Shown here: piece after piece, positions 61,191-64,000 of the stretch
How the letters are laid out: every line of letters starts with the position of its first letter
How positions within the stretch are numbered: the stretch's first letter is position 1
NCBI RefSeq assembly: GCF_001194135.2
Contig: NC_068981.1
Coordinates: 87,395,069-87,459,068, forward strand
DNA: 64,000 bases
Origin: Octopus bimaculoides
Lineage: Eukaryota
Direction: 5' to 3'
The notes under the pieces: model-generated
Told to the model about the DNA's origin: nothing
Database searches by the model: none
Seen by the model: only the letters and a program-made list of their open reading frames with translations
Made by a program: the position numbers and the translations under genes

Positions 61191-61235
61191 TATGTGTGTG
61201 TGTGTGTGTATATATACACACACACACACGTGTGT

Positions 61236-61326
<91 letters not shown>

Positions 61327-61579
61327 AATTTATACAAATAAGGATCAGATTGTTATTTAAAGTACTGATCATATCAGGTGGCTGGCATGGGAATAAAAAC
61401 CTCATAGGTAATAATTATTATTAAAATTATAATTAAGGGTATCTAAGAGATACCACCATGCTAGATATAGTAGCCAATACTTGACTCTAAAACCACATTG
61501 AATGTTCATATAGCACCAGGAGATGATTGAAGCTTGAGCCTGATCATGCCATTTTTCTTTCTGGCTTTACAGTGTAAGC

Positions 61580-61860
61580 ATGGCCACTCCACTAGCAATG
61601 TGCACCAAAGAAAAACAAAGAGTAGTGATCCAATTTCTCTGGTCGAAAGACGCATCAGGTGCTGAAATTCCTCAGAGGCTTTCAGCACAATACGGGGACA
61701 GTGCATTACCACGTAGAAGTGTGTACGAGTGGATCAAGAAGTTTAACAGAGGCCGGACAATCATGACATACAAAGAGGGAGCAGGACGCCTGTCAAACAC
61801 CACCACTGACGATAAGATTCAGCAAGCTGGAGAGATGGTATTGGTGAACCAGTTCACTGT
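61580..61860 (+). mobile_element. mariner transposase N-terminal HTH fragment
   Basis: MCTKEKQRVVIQFLWSKDASGAEIPQRLSAQYGDSALPRRSVYEWIKKFNRGR..GAGR. Confidence 0.85.
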
Positions 61861-62472
61861 TACCATCTCTCAGATCACTGCTCTTTGTTCTTTGGTGCAC
61901 ATTGCTCGGGGAGCAGCCATGCTTACACTAAAGTCAGAAGGAAAAATGGCACGATCAGGCTCAAGCTTCAATCATATGACCACAATAGTACCAACTAAAG
62001 TACACATGTGCAGAAGGCAGTGTGACAATAATAAAGATATATTATGGTGAAAGTGTGGATAATTTTTGACTTCCCCTCATATACCATCTAATAAAATTCT
62101 AACCATCTGTCTTCTCAAAGCATTTCCTCCTTGGAAATATCTATCCATTGCTACATCCATTGCAATTTCATTATTTATTATTAAAACTATGACTCCAATG
62201 ATGTCAATCATTCATTGTTGTTCTCTCTCGAGAATTACCTTTACCTCATCTTTGTAAACAGCTTTCAATAGTATCAGCCTATAATTGGAAATGTACTAGA
62301 TACGGTAATTTGAACACCTCAATCGTTACACTTATTTTACTGTGCTAATTAAATCAAACAATTGAACACCTGTGTTAATTCAGTTCTGAGCCATTTAAAA
62401 AATAGTTTCTTCTTTACAAAAACAATGAACTAATCAATAAATTAACAAATGTCATATATATGTGTGTGTATG

Positions 62473-62514
<42 letters not shown>

Positions 62515-63479
62515 TGTTATAAATTTTGGTTGTTAATTAAAGGTGCTTTTAGCAATTCAGTCATACTCTAACATTTTATTTTGCACTGTCAATGACATCT
62601 CCCCTATCTTCCCCTTCTCCAACAATTCACGTCTCATTGGTTACCTACTCTTCAATCTACCCTACTTATCATCCCAAACTATCCAGCTGTTTCTCTCTCT
62701 CTCTTTACTGCAGCCCCACTCAGCTGAAAGGGATCTTAGTCTTGCAGGCTGCATGGTGACCTCACTAATGCTGATGCCTCATAATAAACACCCAATTCAT
62801 GTTGTAAAGAGGTTGACATTTTAGGATGAGCACCCAACTATAGAAGCCATGCAAAATAGACATTGAAGCCAGATGCAGCCTTCAGACCCATCAGATCCTA
62901 CCAGACCATCCACTCCATGCCAACAAGGAACATGGACATTAAATCATTATTATTATTACTATTTGTGTAGTTAAAAAGTTTAATTTGCAACCATATGGTT
63001 TTGGGTTCAGTCCCACAGTGTAACATTTTGGACCAACCAATGCCTTGTCAGTGGAATTCATAGATAGAAACCATATAGGTGTGTGTGTGTGTGTGTGTGT
63101 GTCTACATGCATGCGTATGTGCGCAAATGTGACATTCCACAACTATGCTTGTCACCATCTGAGTAATATGTTTACATTCCTTGTGGACATTACAACTGGT
63201 CACTCTGCACTTTTGAAGATCAGTGGAACAAAAACAATGTAAAGGTGGGCAACAGGAAAGGCATCCAATCTTAAAATGCTGCCTTAAATAAGTCCCCATC
63301 CAACCCATGCTAGCATTAAAAACAATAAATGAACAAGTAGACAGAGACAGACAGACACATACACACACACTATAAAATTAAATGAGGACCTCAAATCTAT
63401 AATGGGTATTGACTGTTTTTAGTAACTGATGTAACATTTTATAATGGATGAAAAAAAAAAAGGAGCATTCAAATTGAAA

Positions 63480-63900
63480 GAACTCTCAAAGAACCAAAAA
63501 AAAATCTCCAAAAAAGGGGAGACACTTCCAAGAGCTACTGGCAAAATCCTCACAAAACAATAGTCACCCTAAACACTAAGCAAGTGCCCTCTCCCAGTTG
63601 TTCTCCAATCTGTAAATGCATGCTCCAAACAGGACCAGTCACTTAGAACACTCTTGTCCACCTTTCAATAAATTTACTGGGAAGCAACACTTCCTTGTCC
63701 ACTCTTATTTTCCTTTTCAAATGAAACTTGAACAAGCTGATGAGTGCTTCACCAAACAGCAAGGTGCCAGTCTCTATATCCCTTTTAATTTCAACCACTG
63801 CACATACCCTTTCCACAAATCCACAAAACAGATAAAATTTGACTACCTGCCCTTCCGAGACAGAAGAAAGCAGTGGGATATGCTTTACAATACATTGAGC
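63480..63900 (-). mobile_element. Tx1/L1-like LINE 3' fragment related to 9630-9960
   Basis: Shares degenerate blocks with the 9.6-9.9 kb element (CCAAAAAGGGGAGA, CCACxTTTCAA..TACTGG, TGAAACTTGAA). Confidence 0.5.
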
Positions 63901-63908
63901 TGATAGCC

Positions 63909-64000
63909 AGATCAACAACCCACAGGCAGTGGACACATGCAGATCAACAACCCACAGGCAGTGGACACATGCAGATCAACAACCCACAGGCAGTGGACAC
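63909..64000. repeat. 32-bp tandem repeat, at least 2.9 copies
   Basis: Unit AGATCAACAACCCACAGGCAGTGGACACATGC; runs off the window edge. Confidence 0.95.

Noticed and set aside
62239-62278. Candidate CDCA7 upstream micro-exon (LILLKAVYKDE)
   Set aside because: The splice-like ends are plausible, but there is no similarity to support it, and such sites are common by chance.

Overview
This is repeat-rich eukaryotic genomic DNA from a gapped draft assembly. The SINE families and microsatellite content suggest an octopus (coleoid cephalopod), which is an inference. I could reconstruct two minus-strand protein-coding genes from exons with GT-AG boundaries and consistent phases. The first is the N-terminal 259 codons of a divergent ABCB1/P-glycoprotein-like transporter (six exons, 21399->11581); its remaining exons are not visible. 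The second is the C-terminal 146 aa of CDCA7/CDCA7L with the zf-4CXXC_R1 domain (five exons, 52105->42665); its 5' exons were not found. The rest is decayed transposable elements: tRNA-derived SINEs, CR1-, Tx1/L1-, R4/Dong- and RTE-like LINEs, mariner, Tigger/pogo, hAT, piggyBac, a HINE-like element and a Penelope-like GIY-YIG element. The most notable unannotated structure is a set of minimal hammerhead-ribozyme motifs in Penelope-type sequences. One motif occurs as two inverted copies that form a near-perfect 420-bp hairpin inside an ABCB intron. There are two further long fold-back elements and an unidentified decayed ORF. Most ORF-track entries are artefacts of N gaps or microsatellites. 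TE boundaries are approximate unless a TSD or TIR is quoted.
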